Positions 1 to 9,235 of a DNA stretch of 64,000 nt are shown piece by piece. The first letter of the stretch is position 1. Each line of letters begins with the position of its first letter. A program made the position numbers and the translations under genes. The DNA is from Gemmatimonadaceae bacterium (lineage in GTDB: Bacteria > Gemmatimonadota > Gemmatimonadetes > Gemmatimonadales > Gemmatimonadaceae). The DNA lies in the NCBI GenBank assembly GCA_019752115.1, contig JAIEMN010000020.1:138267-202266 (forward strand), given 5' to 3'. The notes beneath the pieces are model-generated. The model was not told the DNA's origin. It worked only from the letters and a program-made list of their open reading frames with translations, and searched no databases.

Positions 1-1492
1 GGGGCCGCGCGATGTGGCCCATCCGCACACGCTCGATCTGATCGTGGCGCTGGGCGTCGCGGTGGAGCAGATGCTCGCGGCGCGCGATGTGGAGCGGCGC
101 TATCTCGTGGTGCACAAACTGCTCGAGCTGTCGTCGCGCCACGCGGGTGATGGCTTCGTGGCCATCGACCGCGCGGGGACGGTGCTCTTTGCGCAGGGGA
201 ACGTGCCCGAGGTGATCAAGGCGCAGGGGCTGCTGCCGGATTCCTTCCGTCGCCTGGTGGTGCATGTCATGCAGGCGACGCGTGACCCATGGCCCGTTGA
301 GCTTGGCGCCCGCGATCTGAGCGACCCGCTCGCGCGCGCCGCGACGGCCCAGGTGGTGTGTGATGGGATCACGCCGATCGGTGCGGTGGTGCGCTTCTCG
401 CGCACGGCCAGCGAGATGGGCTCGCGCCGGGAGCTGGTGCGCGGCGTGGCGCGCGACGTGGCGCGCGATCTGCTGCGTGAGTCGCGCGCGGAACCAACGC
501 CGACCGCGGTGCGCGATGGAGCGCAGACGCGCTATGCCTTTGCCGACCTCGTGGGGAACAGCGCAGCGCTGGCGGCCGCGAGCCGTGTCGCCGAGATCGC
601 GGCGAGCAACGCCCTCCCGGTGTTCATCACCGGCGAAAGCGGTACCGGCAAGGAGCTGTTTGCTCAGGCGATTCACGGGGCGAGTGCGCGGCGTGCGCTG
701 CCGTTTGTGGCCGTGAACTGTGCCGCCTTGCCGCGTGACCTGCTGGAGGCGGAACTCTTCGGCTATGTCGGTGGCGCCTTCTCCGGCGCGCGCCGCGAAG
801 GCCATGCGGGATACGTGGTGGCCGCCGAGGGCGGCACACTGTTTCTCGACGAGATCGCCGAGCTCACGCCGGCGGCGCAGGCGGCGCTGTTGCGTGTGCT
901 GCAGGAGGGCGAAGTCACGGCGGTCGGGAGCACGCAGCGACGGCGGGTGAATGTGCGCGTCATCGCGGCGACCAACCGCCCCATCGCGGCGTCACTCGCC
1001 GACGGCTCGCTGCGCGAGGATCTGTTCTATCGCCTCGACGTCCTGCGTCTCGAGCTGCCGCCGCTGCGCGAACGCGCCGGCGACGTGGCGTTGCTTGCGC
1101 GCAGCTTCGTGGCCGCCACCTGCGTGGCGCTTGGCAAACCGCCGTGCACGCTGCTCCCGGATGCCGTCGCCGCGCTCTCGGCGTATCACTGGCCGGGGAA
1201 TGTGCGCGAACTGGAGAACGTGCTCCGCCGCGCGGTGGCGATGGCGCCGGGCCTCTCGCTCAGTGCGGCCGACCTGCCGGAGCATGTGCGCCGTGCCGCG
1301 CGGCCGGCCGAGCGGCGACCGGAGCCGCCCCGCGATGCGCCGGTGGACGCCGAGCGCGAACGCACGCTCATGGCGGTACGCACCGCGCGCACCATGCTCG
1401 AGGCGGCGCGCACACTCGGCATCACGCGCAGTACGCTCTATCGCCGTCTCGAGCGCTACGGCGTGCGCGGGGAGTGGGTGGTGCGGGAGTAA
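1..1492 (+). CDS. Sigma-54-dependent transcriptional activator (GAF/AcoR-like N-terminus, AAA+, Fis-type HTH); 5'-truncated by the window edge
   Basis: Walker A GESGTGKE, LEAELFGY, GAFSGA loop, Walker B LFLDEI, WPGNVREL, C-terminal AARTLGITRSTLYRRL. The frame is open back to base 2. Confidence 0.93.
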   Translation, partial: GPRDVAHPHTLDLIVALGVAVEQMLAARDVERRYLVVHKLLELSSRHAGDGFVAIDRAGTVLFAQGNVPEVIKAQGLLPDSFRRLVVHVMQATRDPWPVELGARDLSDPLARAATAQVVCDGITPIGAVVRFSRTASEMGSRRELVRGVARDVARDLLRESRAEPTPTAVRDGAQTRYAFADLVGNSAALAAASRVAEIAASNALPVFITGESGTGKELFAQAIHGASARRALPFVAVNCAALPRDLLEAELFGYVGGAFSGARREGHAGYVVAAEGGTLFLDEIAELTPAAQAALLRVLQEGEVTAVGSTQRRRVNVRVIAATNRPIAASLADGSLREDLFYRLDVLRLELPPLRERAGDVALLARSFVAATCVALGKPPCTLLPDAVAALSAYHWPGNVRELENVLRRAVAMAPGLSLSAADLPEHVRRAARPAERRPEPPRDAPVDAERERTLMAVRTARTMLEAARTLGITRSTLYRRLERYGVRGEWVVRE

Positions 1493-1505
1493 GGTACGCT
1501 CTCTC

Positions 1506-1564
1506 CGCTCCCCCGTGACCCCGACGAGCTGTTCAGAAAAGCTCGTCGGGGATTCGGGGGAACG
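1506..1564. terminator. GC-rich hairpin between convergent genes (possible bidirectional terminator or REP-like palindrome)
   Basis: Perfect 12-bp stem ccccgacgagct (1519-1530)/agctcgtcgggg (1540-1551), 9-nt loop, outer 9/10 pairing of 1506-1515 with 1555-1564. No U-tract. Confidence 0.55.
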
Positions 1565-1586
1565 GGGACGATCGAGCGGCGGCCGC

Positions 1587-2777
1587 TTACGGCAGGTTAT
1601 CGCAGAACGCCTGCCAATCCTGCCGGTTCGTCGTCGCCGCGCGGACGGCGTAGGCAATCACCTCGCCCTCCCAGTCGTCGCGCTGGGCGAACTGCTGCAG
1701 CGCATCGCCGCCGCTGGCGCCGTACCAGCCGCTGGCGCGCAGCTGCCCCCAGGCGAGCAGTTGCGCCATCTGCTCGAGGAGCTTGCGCACGGCGCGCGGG
1801 CGGGCCATCGCGACGTCCAACCGCACGCGATCTTCACTGGGCTGGAGTTCGCGCAGCACGAGCGCCTTCTCGCCGAACGGCACCACATGATGCAGCGCCG
1901 GCGGCGCCGCCTGCATGAGGCGTTGCACGGTGACGACGCGGGTGGCCTCGTTGGGCCATTCCGGTTGCACCGGCGCATGCATCACCGCGGGCGACGGCGC
2001 GGGGATCTTCGCATCGAGCAGCGCGAAGCGCGCATCCGGCACCGCGTGCTCCACCAGCAGCACCCACCGCGGGACGCCCAGACTGCCGTTACCGGCAATG
2101 CGGCGCGCGACATCGTGCACCACCAGATCGGGCGCCGTGGCCGCGAGCGCCTCCTGGACGGCCGCGGCCACGCGTGCCCGTTCTTCGTCGGGGGCCGGCA
2201 ACGCGTGTACGCCACGCACCCGCAGTTGGCGCTTGGCCAGACGTGCGCGCGTCTCGAGAAACTCGCGACGTGAGCGTTCCCGCAGATTGCGCAGCAGGTC
2301 GCGCACGAGACCCGTCGCGATCCCCCGCTCAATCCACCACGCCTTCCCCTCGGCCAGCGTGGCGCGATAGGTCGCCAGCAGGTGTGCGGCCATCGCGCGG
2401 CCATCGAACCCGCCCGCCACCTGCTCGGTGTGCAGATCGGCGGCGACCAGCACGCTGGTGCAGAGGCGCGTGATATCGAGCAGCACGGGCGCGAGGACCG
2501 CGTCGTCAAAATCGGTGAGATCGAAGTACGTCAACCGATTGCCGCCGCGGAATGAGCCCACATTCTCGGCGTGCAGATCGCCGCACTGCCAGGCGAGTGG
2601 TCCCTTCTTGAGCAGGCCGGCCCCAAGCGCCCAGTCTTCCTGGAAGAGCACGTTGGTGCCGCGCAGAAAGGCGAACGGATCGCGCCGCATGCGCGCGAGC
2701 TTGCGCTGCACCCGCTCGGGGTCGCGGGTGGCGTGGAACGCCTGCAGCCGCTTGAGACGGGGGCCCATGCTCGCCAT
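1587..2777 (-). CDS. DUF2252 family protein
   Basis: MRRDPFAFLRGT, CGDLHAENVG, FDLTDFDDA and RRIAGNGSLG motifs. Starts 3 bp after the SNF2 stop. Confidence 0.85.
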   Translation of the reverse strand: MASMGPRLKRLQAFHATRDPERVQRKLARMRRDPFAFLRGTNVLFQEDWALGAGLLKKGPLAWQCGDLHAENVGSFRGGNRLTYFDLTDFDDAVLAPVLLDITRLCTSVLVAADLHTEQVAGGFDGRAMAAHLLATYRATLAEGKAWWIERGIATGLVRDLLRNLRERSRREFLETRARLAKRQLRVRGVHALPAPDEERARVAAAVQEALAATAPDLVVHDVARRIAGNGSLGVPRWVLLVEHAVPDARFALLDAKIPAPSPAVMHAPVQPEWPNEATRVVTVQRLMQAAPPALHHVVPFGEKALVLRELQPSEDRVRLDVAMARPRAVRKLLEQMAQLLAWGQLRASGWYGASGGDALQQFAQRDDWEGEVIAYAVRAATTNRQDWQAFCDNLP

Positions 2778-2780
2778 GCG

Positions 2781-5700
2781 CTAGCCGAGCAGCAGTTCGA
2801 GTTCGGCGCGCCCGATCCCCGTGAGCCCACCCTTGTCTTCGGTCAGGATGGCGTCGGCGAGCGCGCGCTTGCTCGCCTGCAGTTCGAGAATCTTCGATTC
2901 GATGGTGTCACGCGCCACCACACGCGTGGCCATGACCTGCTGCGTCTGGCCAATGCGATGCGCGCGGTCGATGGCCTGTGCTTCAACGGCCGGGTTCCAC
3001 CACGGATCGAGCAGATACACGTACTCGGCGGCGGTGAGATTGAGCCCGTGCCCACCGGCCTTGAGCGAGATGAGGAACACCGGCGGCCCGTCGGTGCTCT
3101 GGAAGCGCTCGACGCGTGCCTGCCGATCGCGGGTGCGCCCGTCGAGATACTCGTAGCCGATCTTCTCGGCGTCGAGCCGCTCGCGCAGCAGGCTCAGGAA
3201 GCTCGTGAACTGCGAGAAGACGAGAATCTTGTGCCCTTCGCTCACGACTTCCTGAATGGCGGGCACGACCGCATCGAGCTTCGCGCTCGGCAGGCCGAAC
3301 TTGCCGCTCTCCACCAGCGCCGGATGACACGCCGCCTGGCGCAGGCGCAGGAGCGCCTCGAGAATGTGCAGCCGCGCCTTGCCGATGCCGTTCTTGTCGA
3401 CTTCGGCCATGACGCTCGAGAGATACTGCCGCCGCAGCATCTCGTAGTACGCGCGCTGCTTGGGTTCGAGCTCCACCTCGAGGGTCTGCTCGATGCGCTG
3501 CGGAAGCTCCGGGGCCACCATCGCCTTGGTGCGGCGCAGAATCACCGGGCGCAGCGCCCGCGCGAGCACGGCATCGGCGTCGCGCACTGGCTCACCGTCC
3601 ACGGCTTCGGCGCCGCGCACGATGGTGCTGAAGCGCGTGGCCGCGCCGAGCATGCCGGGGTTGAGGAACTCGAAGAGGCTCCAGAGTTCCTCGATGCGAT
3701 TCTCGATGGGCGTGCCGGAGAGGGCGAGCCGATGGTGGGCGCGCAGCAGGCGCGCCGCCTTCGCGGTGGCGGTGCTGGCGTTCTTGATCGCCTGCGCCTC
3801 GTCGAGCACGACGTAGTCGAACTCGCGCGCGCCGAGCTGCTGGATATCGCGCCGCAGCGTGCCGTAGGTCGTGATGACCACGTCGGCGGTCTCGGCGTCG
3901 AGCGCGCTCACTTCGCGATCGGCGCCACTCAAGTCCAGCATGCGGAGCTGCGGCACAAACCGCTCGGCTTCGCGCTTCCAGTTGAAGACGAGCGAGCGCG
4001 GGACGACAAGCAGCGACAGGCCACGCTTCTCGACGCGCCGCTCTTCGAGCAGCGCGAGCACCTGAATCGTCTTGCCGAGGCCCATGTCGTCGGCGAGACA
4101 GCCACCCAGGCCGAAGCGCCGCAGGAAGTCGAACCAGCCGAGGCCTTCCTTCTGGTAGTGCCGCAGCTCGCCGACAAAGCCGGAGGGTGCTTCGGGTGTG
4201 CCGATACCGGTGAACGCACGCAGCTGAGCGCGGGCCTGCGCGAGCTGCTCGTCCACATCGACCTGCGGGATCTGCTCGAGCAGGGCATCCAGCAGCAGCA
4301 GCTGCGCGCGTCCGAAACGCACCTTGTCGCGCGTGCGGTCGCCCAACGCCATGAGCATGCGGAGCCGCGAGAGCGCATCGGCGGGAATCAGCCCAACAGC
4401 GCCATCGCCCAGATCGATGAGTTCTTCCTGTCGTTGCACCGCATCGAACAGCGCCGGCAGCCCCACGACATGCGGGCCGAAGTTCACACTGCCCGTGAGA
4501 TCGAACGCATTGGCTTCGGTGCGAATGCGCACGGCGAGCGGATCGGCGGCAAAGAAGGTGCGGCCATCGAGCTGCACTTCCCACCCGTCGGCGGCGAGGG
4601 CGCCGGCGAGATCGGCCACATGCGTGGGCGGCACGAGGAACGCATCGCGGCTTTTGCGCGCCATCCAGTCTTCGCGGGCGCCCAGCCCCAGCAACCGCGC
4701 GCGGGCCGATCGCTCGAACATCGTGTTGCGCCGGTAGAGCACACTCGCGGTGCGATCAAAGCAGGTCGGCGCGCGCGAGCTCGGCTCCACCACGGCATGG
4801 CCGTAGCGGAAGCGCAGCACGAGTGCCGCCGGTGCCTGGCGCCAGCCGCCCATCTCGCGGCTGATCTGCAGGACCGGGACCGGCGTGATGTCCACCGAAT
4901 CGAGCTCATCGCCTTTGGGCAACGAGATCGGCGGCACCTTGGGGAGTCGGTGGAACTGCTCCAGGAAGCTCGACGGATCGGCGCCGAGCGACAGCGAGCC
5001 GGTGCCGCGCATCGCCATGGCGAGCGGCCAGGCGCCGGCGTGTTCGCAGCGCGCGAGCGACAGGGGGCCGGTGCCGTTGCTCGAGGAATCGGCGATCAGC
5101 ACGAGACCGGAACCATGCAGCCACTTCACCTGATCGAAGTACACCGTGGCGCGGTCGCGCGTGAGGGTACCGCTGAGCGAGTACGTCGCATCGACTTCCA
5201 TCTCGACGCGGAGCTGCAGTTTCCACGGCGCGCCGTCGTCCCACTTCACGAGCCGGCCGTCGATCGCGCGATCACTGCTGCGCACACGCGCGCGCCCGGT
5301 TTCGCAGATCATGCGCAGCGTCGTGCCGAAGGCACGCGGGCGAATGGCGAACCCGCCGGCGGGCATGCCGGTGATCCCCTCCTCTTCATGCGCGCCAATG
5401 AGCATCTCGGCGATCTGCCGATCGATGGCATCGGGCGCATTGAACCACGCCGCGGCGGAGAAGTGGTAGCGACGGACGTCGCCCCAGGTGCCGTCGCGAT
5501 CCTTGCGTTCGGTGCCCACCTCGACCTTCAACGCTTCGGCCCGTGCACTCGCGTCGAGATCGACGAGGTAGAGCAGCCGACGATCGGAAGGGAGGCCGGT
5601 GGCGGCGCGTGCGGTGCCCGGCGGATCGGCGAGCTGGAGCTGCCACTGCATTTCGCGGAGCGGCTGCTGCCAGGCCGGCCCGGTTTCCTCCTGCTCGGCG

Positions 5701-6032
5701 TCGCCGCCACCCTGCTCAAAGCCAAAGCGCGCAATGACGCCGGCGGTATCGAGCAGCGGCTGCAGGAGCTTTTCGCGATCGGCGAAGCGGAGGAGCGCCC
5801 AGAGGTGCTTACAGGTCCCGTGCTCGGTGGCGTGCGGGCAGCTGCAGCGCAGGCGCAGGAGCCCCGGAATGGCGTGTACGCGGACCTCGTAGCTCCCGGT
5901 CTTGCCCTGCACGGTGCCGTCGAGCAGCTCGGTGCTGGTCTCGCGGAGCTGGATGGCGTCGGCGTTCGCGAAGGCCTCTCCGCGACCCTGTACGTCGAGC
6001 TCGAAGCGACGCATAAGGGCGAGAGGGATCAT
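2781..6032 (-). CDS. SWIM zinc finger + SNF2-family (DEAD/DEAH-box) helicase/ATPase
   Basis: CSCPHATEHGTCKHLWA (SWIM), LADDMGLGKT, VLDEAQAIKN, LSGTPIEN, LKAGGHGLNLT, QAIDRAHRIGQ. Confidence 0.95.
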   Translation of the reverse strand: MIPLALMRRFELDVQGRGEAFANADAIQLRETSTELLDGTVQGKTGSYEVRVHAIPGLLRLRCSCPHATEHGTCKHLWALLRFADREKLLQPLLDTAGVIARFGFEQGGGDAEQEETGPAWQQPLREMQWQLQLADPPGTARAATGLPSDRRLLYLVDLDASARAEALKVEVGTERKDRDGTWGDVRRYHFSAAAWFNAPDAIDRQIAEMLIGAHEEEGITGMPAGGFAIRPRAFGTTLRMICETGRARVRSSDRAIDGRLVKWDDGAPWKLQLRVEMEVDATYSLSGTLTRDRATVYFDQVKWLHGSGLVLIADSSSNGTGPLSLARCEHAGAWPLAMAMRGTGSLSLGADPSSFLEQFHRLPKVPPISLPKGDELDSVDITPVPVLQISREMGGWRQAPAALVLRFRYGHAVVEPSSRAPTCFDRTASVLYRRNTMFERSARARLLGLGAREDWMARKSRDAFLVPPTHVADLAGALAADGWEVQLDGRTFFAADPLAVRIRTEANAFDLTGSVNFGPHVVGLPALFDAVQRQEELIDLGDGAVGLIPADALSRLRMLMALGDRTRDKVRFGRAQLLLLDALLEQIPQVDVDEQLAQARAQLRAFTGIGTPEAPSGFVGELRHYQKEGLGWFDFLRRFGLGGCLADDMGLGKTIQVLALLEERRVEKRGLSLLVVPRSLVFNWKREAERFVPQLRMLDLSGADREVSALDAETADVVITTYGTLRRDIQQLGAREFDYVVLDEAQAIKNASTATAKAARLLRAHHRLALSGTPIENRIEELWSLFEFLNPGMLGAATRFSTIVRGAEAVDGEPVRDADAVLARALRPVILRRTKAMVAPELPQRIEQTLEVELEPKQRAYYEMLRRQYLSSVMAEVDKNGIGKARLHILEALLRLRQAACHPALVESGKFGLPSAKLDAVVPAIQEVVSEGHKILVFSQFTSFLSLLRERLDAEKIGYEYLDGRTRDRQARVERFQSTDGPPVFLISLKAGGHGLNLTAAEYVYLLDPWWNPAVEAQAIDRAHRIGQTQQVMATRVVARDTIESKILELQASKRALADAILTEDKGGLTGIGRAELELLLG

Positions 6033-6104
6033 CGGCGAGCCGTCCGGGGCAGGGGGTGATTCGTGAGCAACCCCGAAACATAAGCAATCGCGGCGCGCGC
6101 GTGG

Positions 6105-6629
6105 CTATCGAAGCGGGCGGGCCTCCCACCCCCACTGCGTCATGAGCGCGTCCGGCACATGGTTCCGGCGCGCTCGCTCATGGGCCCAGGGCACGATGCG
6201 CCGGGCGGTGTCGGTGCAGAGCAGGTGGGGCAATGGGGTGATCCCCACCCGCCCCAGATCCAGTCGGTCGGCGTCCCAGCAGGCCTGAATGGTCGCGTCG
6301 GCCTCGGTCTCGCCGTCGGTGTGCCGCCGGCACGCCTCGTAGAGCAGGTCGAAGCGCTGGTCGTCGAGGTGGATCAGCGTCCCCCGCAGGCTGTGGGCGA
6401 GGTCGCCGCCGCGCTGCCCATGCCCCGGATCGTGGTCGTCGTTCACGCGGCGCGCGTCGTGGAAGAGCGCAAAGAGCGTGACCACCTCATGGTCGGCCCC
6501 ATTCTCGTTGGCCACCGCGTGCCCGTTCTCGAGCACGCGGGCCCAGTGCACCACCCCGTGGTAGCCATGGGGCGAGAGCGAATAGCCAGCCAGAATGAAC
6601 TGGAGCAACGACGCGTAATCGTGAGTCAT
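6105..6629 (-). CDS. HD-domain protein
   Basis: HGYHGVVHWARV...LFALFHD...CWDADRLDL. Start placed at ATG 6629 (MTHDYASLL); the longer ORF-track start runs into the repeat at 6695-6771. Confidence 0.8.
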   Translation of the reverse strand: MTHDYASLLQFILAGYSLSPHGYHGVVHWARVLENGHAVANENGADHEVVTLFALFHDARRVNDDHDPGHGQRGGDLAHSLRGTLIHLDDQRFDLLYEACRRHTDGETEADATIQACWDADRLDLGRVGITPLPHLLCTDTARRIVPWAHERARRNHVPDALMTQWGWEARPLR

Positions 6630-6694
6630 GCCAGAAAGTGCAGCCGGGAAGGCGCTGCTCTCAAGCCCCCCACAACACTCCCCAATCTCGCACT

Positions 6695-6771
6695 GAACGG
6701 ACCGTGCGTTTCCGTGCAATCCGTGGCAAACCAATAGAGTGGCCACGGATTACACGGATGAAGGGCCGTTT
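6695..6771. repeat. Imperfect intergenic palindrome (CCACGGATTACACGGAT type)
   Basis: Inner arms tccgtgcaatccgtggc (6711-6727) and gccacggattacacgga match 16/17 as an inverted repeat. Ends GAACGG (6695-6700) and CCGTTT (6766-6771). Begins 2 bp after the Tex stop. Confidence 0.85.
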
Positions 6772-6773
6772 GC

Positions 6774-9116
6774 CTACTTGAACCGGATGCCGTTGGGGGC
6801 AATCGCGCCCTTGGTCGGCACGAACGGCTTGGCGGCGGGCTTGAAGCCGCCCTTCAGGCGGTTGGGCTGCTGCTGCTGGTTGTTCTGCTGCACATCCCGC
6901 CGGGTGCCGCCCTCACCCGTGGCGCGCTTGGCGCCCTCGGTGCCGCCGTCGCTGCGCATGGAGAGCGCGATGCGGTTCCGCGGCAGGTCGATGCTCTGCA
7001 CGGTGACCTTCACCTTCTGCCCCACCTTCACCGCGTCGTTCGGATCCTTGATGTAGCGGTCGGCGAGCTGGCTCACGTGCACGAGCCCATCCTGATGCAC
7101 GCCGATGTCCACGAACGCACCGAAGGCCACGATGTTCGTCACGACGCCCTCGAGCACCATCCCCGGGAGCAGGTCGCTCGGCTTCTGAATATCATCGCGG
7201 AAGGCGGGCGGTTCGAACGCCGCGCGCGGGTCGCGCCCCGGCTTCTTGAGTTCCGCCACGATGTCGCGCAGCGTGGGCATGCCGACATCGCCGCTCACGT
7301 ACTTCGCGAGCTCGATGCGATCCACCAGCGCCTCATTGCCGATCAGCTCGCGCACATCAACGCCGAGATCCTGCGCCATGCGCTCCACGAGCGTGTAGCG
7401 CTCCGGGTGCACGGCGCTCGCGTCGAGCGGATGCGCCCCGCCGCGCACGCGCAAGAAGCCCGCGGCCTGCTCGAACGCCTTCGCGCCGAGGCGCGGCACT
7501 TCGGTGAGATCCTTCCGGGAGCCAAAGCCGCCCTTCTTGTCGCGCAGCGTGACGATGGCCTGAGCGAGACTGGGGCCGATGCCGGCCACGTAGCCCAGCA
7601 GTGCCGCCGACGCCGTGTTCACTTCCACGCCCACGCGATTTACCGCGCTCTCCACGGTTTCATCGAGACGCTGCTTGAGCTTCGTCTGATTCACGTCGTG
7701 CTGATACTGCCCCACGCCGATACTCTTGGGGTCGATCTTCACCAGCTCAGCGAGCGGATCCTGCAGGCGGCGCGCGATGCTCACGGCGCCGCGCAGCGAG
7801 ACGTCAAGCTCGGGGAACTCGGCGCGCGCCAGATCGCTCGCGCTGTACACCGAGGCGCCGGCTTCATTCACCACCACCACCTGCGGGCGCGGTGCATCCA
7901 TCTCGCGCAGTGCGGCCTTGGTGAGCGTCTCCGTTTCGCGGCTCGCGGTGCCGTTGCCGATCGCGATGAGTTCCGGCGTGAAGCGCTCGACCATGGCGCG
8001 AATGGCCCCGGCGAAGCGGTCTTCCTGATGGAGATAGAGCGTATCCGTGTGCACGAGCGCGCCCGTGGCACTCACCACCGCGACCTTCACACCGGTACGG
8101 AACCCCGGGTCGAGGCCGATGACCTTCTTCTCTCCCGCCGGGCTCGCGAGCAGCAGCTGCTCGAGATTGCGGCCGAAGATCGTGATCGCCTCGTCGTCGG
8201 CGCGCGTCTTGAGCTCGACGCGCAGTTCCACTTCGATGGTGGGCGCCAGCAGACGCTTGTAGGCGTCGGCCGCCACGAGCGTGAGCTGCTGCACCGCCTT
8301 GCGTGAGCCGATCACCTCGCCGGCGAGGCGGGCATTGATCTCCTCGACGGGCGCTTCCACGCGCCACAACAGCTCGCCCTCGGTTTCGCCGCGGCGGATC
8401 GCGAGCATGCGATGGCTCGGAATCGTGCCGAGCGCTTCGGAGAACTCGAAGTAGTCCTTGAACTTCGATTCGTCGCTCTTCTTCTCGGCGATCACGCTGC
8501 TCTTGACCACCCCCTTGGCGCGCGTGACTTCACGCACCCAGCCGCGCACGACCGCGTCTTCGGCGATCTGTTCGGCGAGGATATCCCGCGCGCCCTGCAG
8601 TGCCGCCTCGGCGGAGGGGACTTCGCTGGGCTTGCCGTCCACCTCGGGGAGGACGAACTCCGCCGCCTTCGCGGCGATGTCGGCATCACCGAGCGTGCCA
8701 TCCCACAGCGCCTCGGCCAGCGGACCGAGCCCGCGCTCGCGAGCGATCATCGCGCGCGTGCGGCGCTTCGGCTTGAAAGGCAGGTAGAGGTCTTCGAGCG
8801 CCTGCTTGGTGTCGGCCTTGAGGATCGCGGCCTTGAGCGCGTCGTCGAGCTTGCCCTGCTCCTCGATGCTCTTGAGGATGGCGGCGCGGCGGTCCTCCAT
8901 TTCCTGCAGGTACTCGGCGCGCTCACGCACATCGCGGAGCTGCACCTCGTCGAGCCCGCCAGTGACTTCCTTGCGGTAGCGCGCGATGAAGGGGAGCGTG
9001 GCCCCCTCGGCAAAAAGGGTCAGAGTGCGCTGAACCTGCTGCGGGTTCAGCGAGAGTTCGGTCGCGACGCGCGCAATGAGCGCGGGCGCGAGTGCGTCAG
9101 GGGAGGGAGCGGTCAT
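6774..9116 (-). CDS. tex: Tex family RNA-binding transcriptional accessory protein
   Basis: LFAEGATLPFIARYRKEVTGGLDE, IGLDPGFRTG, DPKSIGVGQYQHDV and a C-terminal S1 domain (GAFVDIGVHQDGLVHVS). Confidence 0.95.
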   Translation of the reverse strand: MTAPSPDALAPALIARVATELSLNPQQVQRTLTLFAEGATLPFIARYRKEVTGGLDEVQLRDVRERAEYLQEMEDRRAAILKSIEEQGKLDDALKAAILKADTKQALEDLYLPFKPKRRTRAMIARERGLGPLAEALWDGTLGDADIAAKAAEFVLPEVDGKPSEVPSAEAALQGARDILAEQIAEDAVVRGWVREVTRAKGVVKSSVIAEKKSDESKFKDYFEFSEALGTIPSHRMLAIRRGETEGELLWRVEAPVEEINARLAGEVIGSRKAVQQLTLVAADAYKRLLAPTIEVELRVELKTRADDEAITIFGRNLEQLLLASPAGEKKVIGLDPGFRTGVKVAVVSATGALVHTDTLYLHQEDRFAGAIRAMVERFTPELIAIGNGTASRETETLTKAALREMDAPRPQVVVVNEAGASVYSASDLARAEFPELDVSLRGAVSIARRLQDPLAELVKIDPKSIGVGQYQHDVNQTKLKQRLDETVESAVNRVGVEVNTASAALLGYVAGIGPSLAQAIVTLRDKKGGFGSRKDLTEVPRLGAKAFEQAAGFLRVRGGAHPLDASAVHPERYTLVERMAQDLGVDVRELIGNEALVDRIELAKYVSGDVGMPTLRDIVAELKKPGRDPRAAFEPPAFRDDIQKPSDLLPGMVLEGVVTNIVAFGAFVDIGVHQDGLVHVSQLADRYIKDPNDAVKVGQKVKVTVQSIDLPRNRIALSMRSDGGTEGAKRATGEGGTRRDVQQNNQQQQPNRLKGGFKPAAKPFVPTKGAIAPNGIRFK

Positions 9117-9235
9117 GGCGGCAGTCTATCCGGGCCGCGATGCCGGTGGCAGATCTTGATTTACGCGGAACTCCGACCGCGGGAGTCTGTGCGTGGCACT
9201 ACGAAACGGCGGTCTGGGGCGTCATTGTATGCACC

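Noticed and set aside
770-790. GAFSGA instead of GAFTGA in the sigma-54 activator as a sign of sigma-54 independence
   Set aside because: A conservative T-to-S change; all other AAA+ motifs are intact. This is not enough evidence.
2781-6032. SNF2 helicase as part of a defence island (DISARM/Zorya-like)
   Set aside because: SWIM-SNF2 is a common stand-alone type, and no methylase, nuclease or other defence gene is adjacent.
2571-6059. 1162-aa plus-strand ORF
   Set aside because: Antisense shadow of the SNF2 gene, as expected from high-GC codon bias, with no recognisable motifs. The same applies to 7077-8306, 26018-28561, 54394-56433 and 58211-60316.
6739-7056. ORF starting MATDYTDEG
   Set aside because: Starts inside the palindrome and runs antisense to tex; no GxxExxY or other motif follows.
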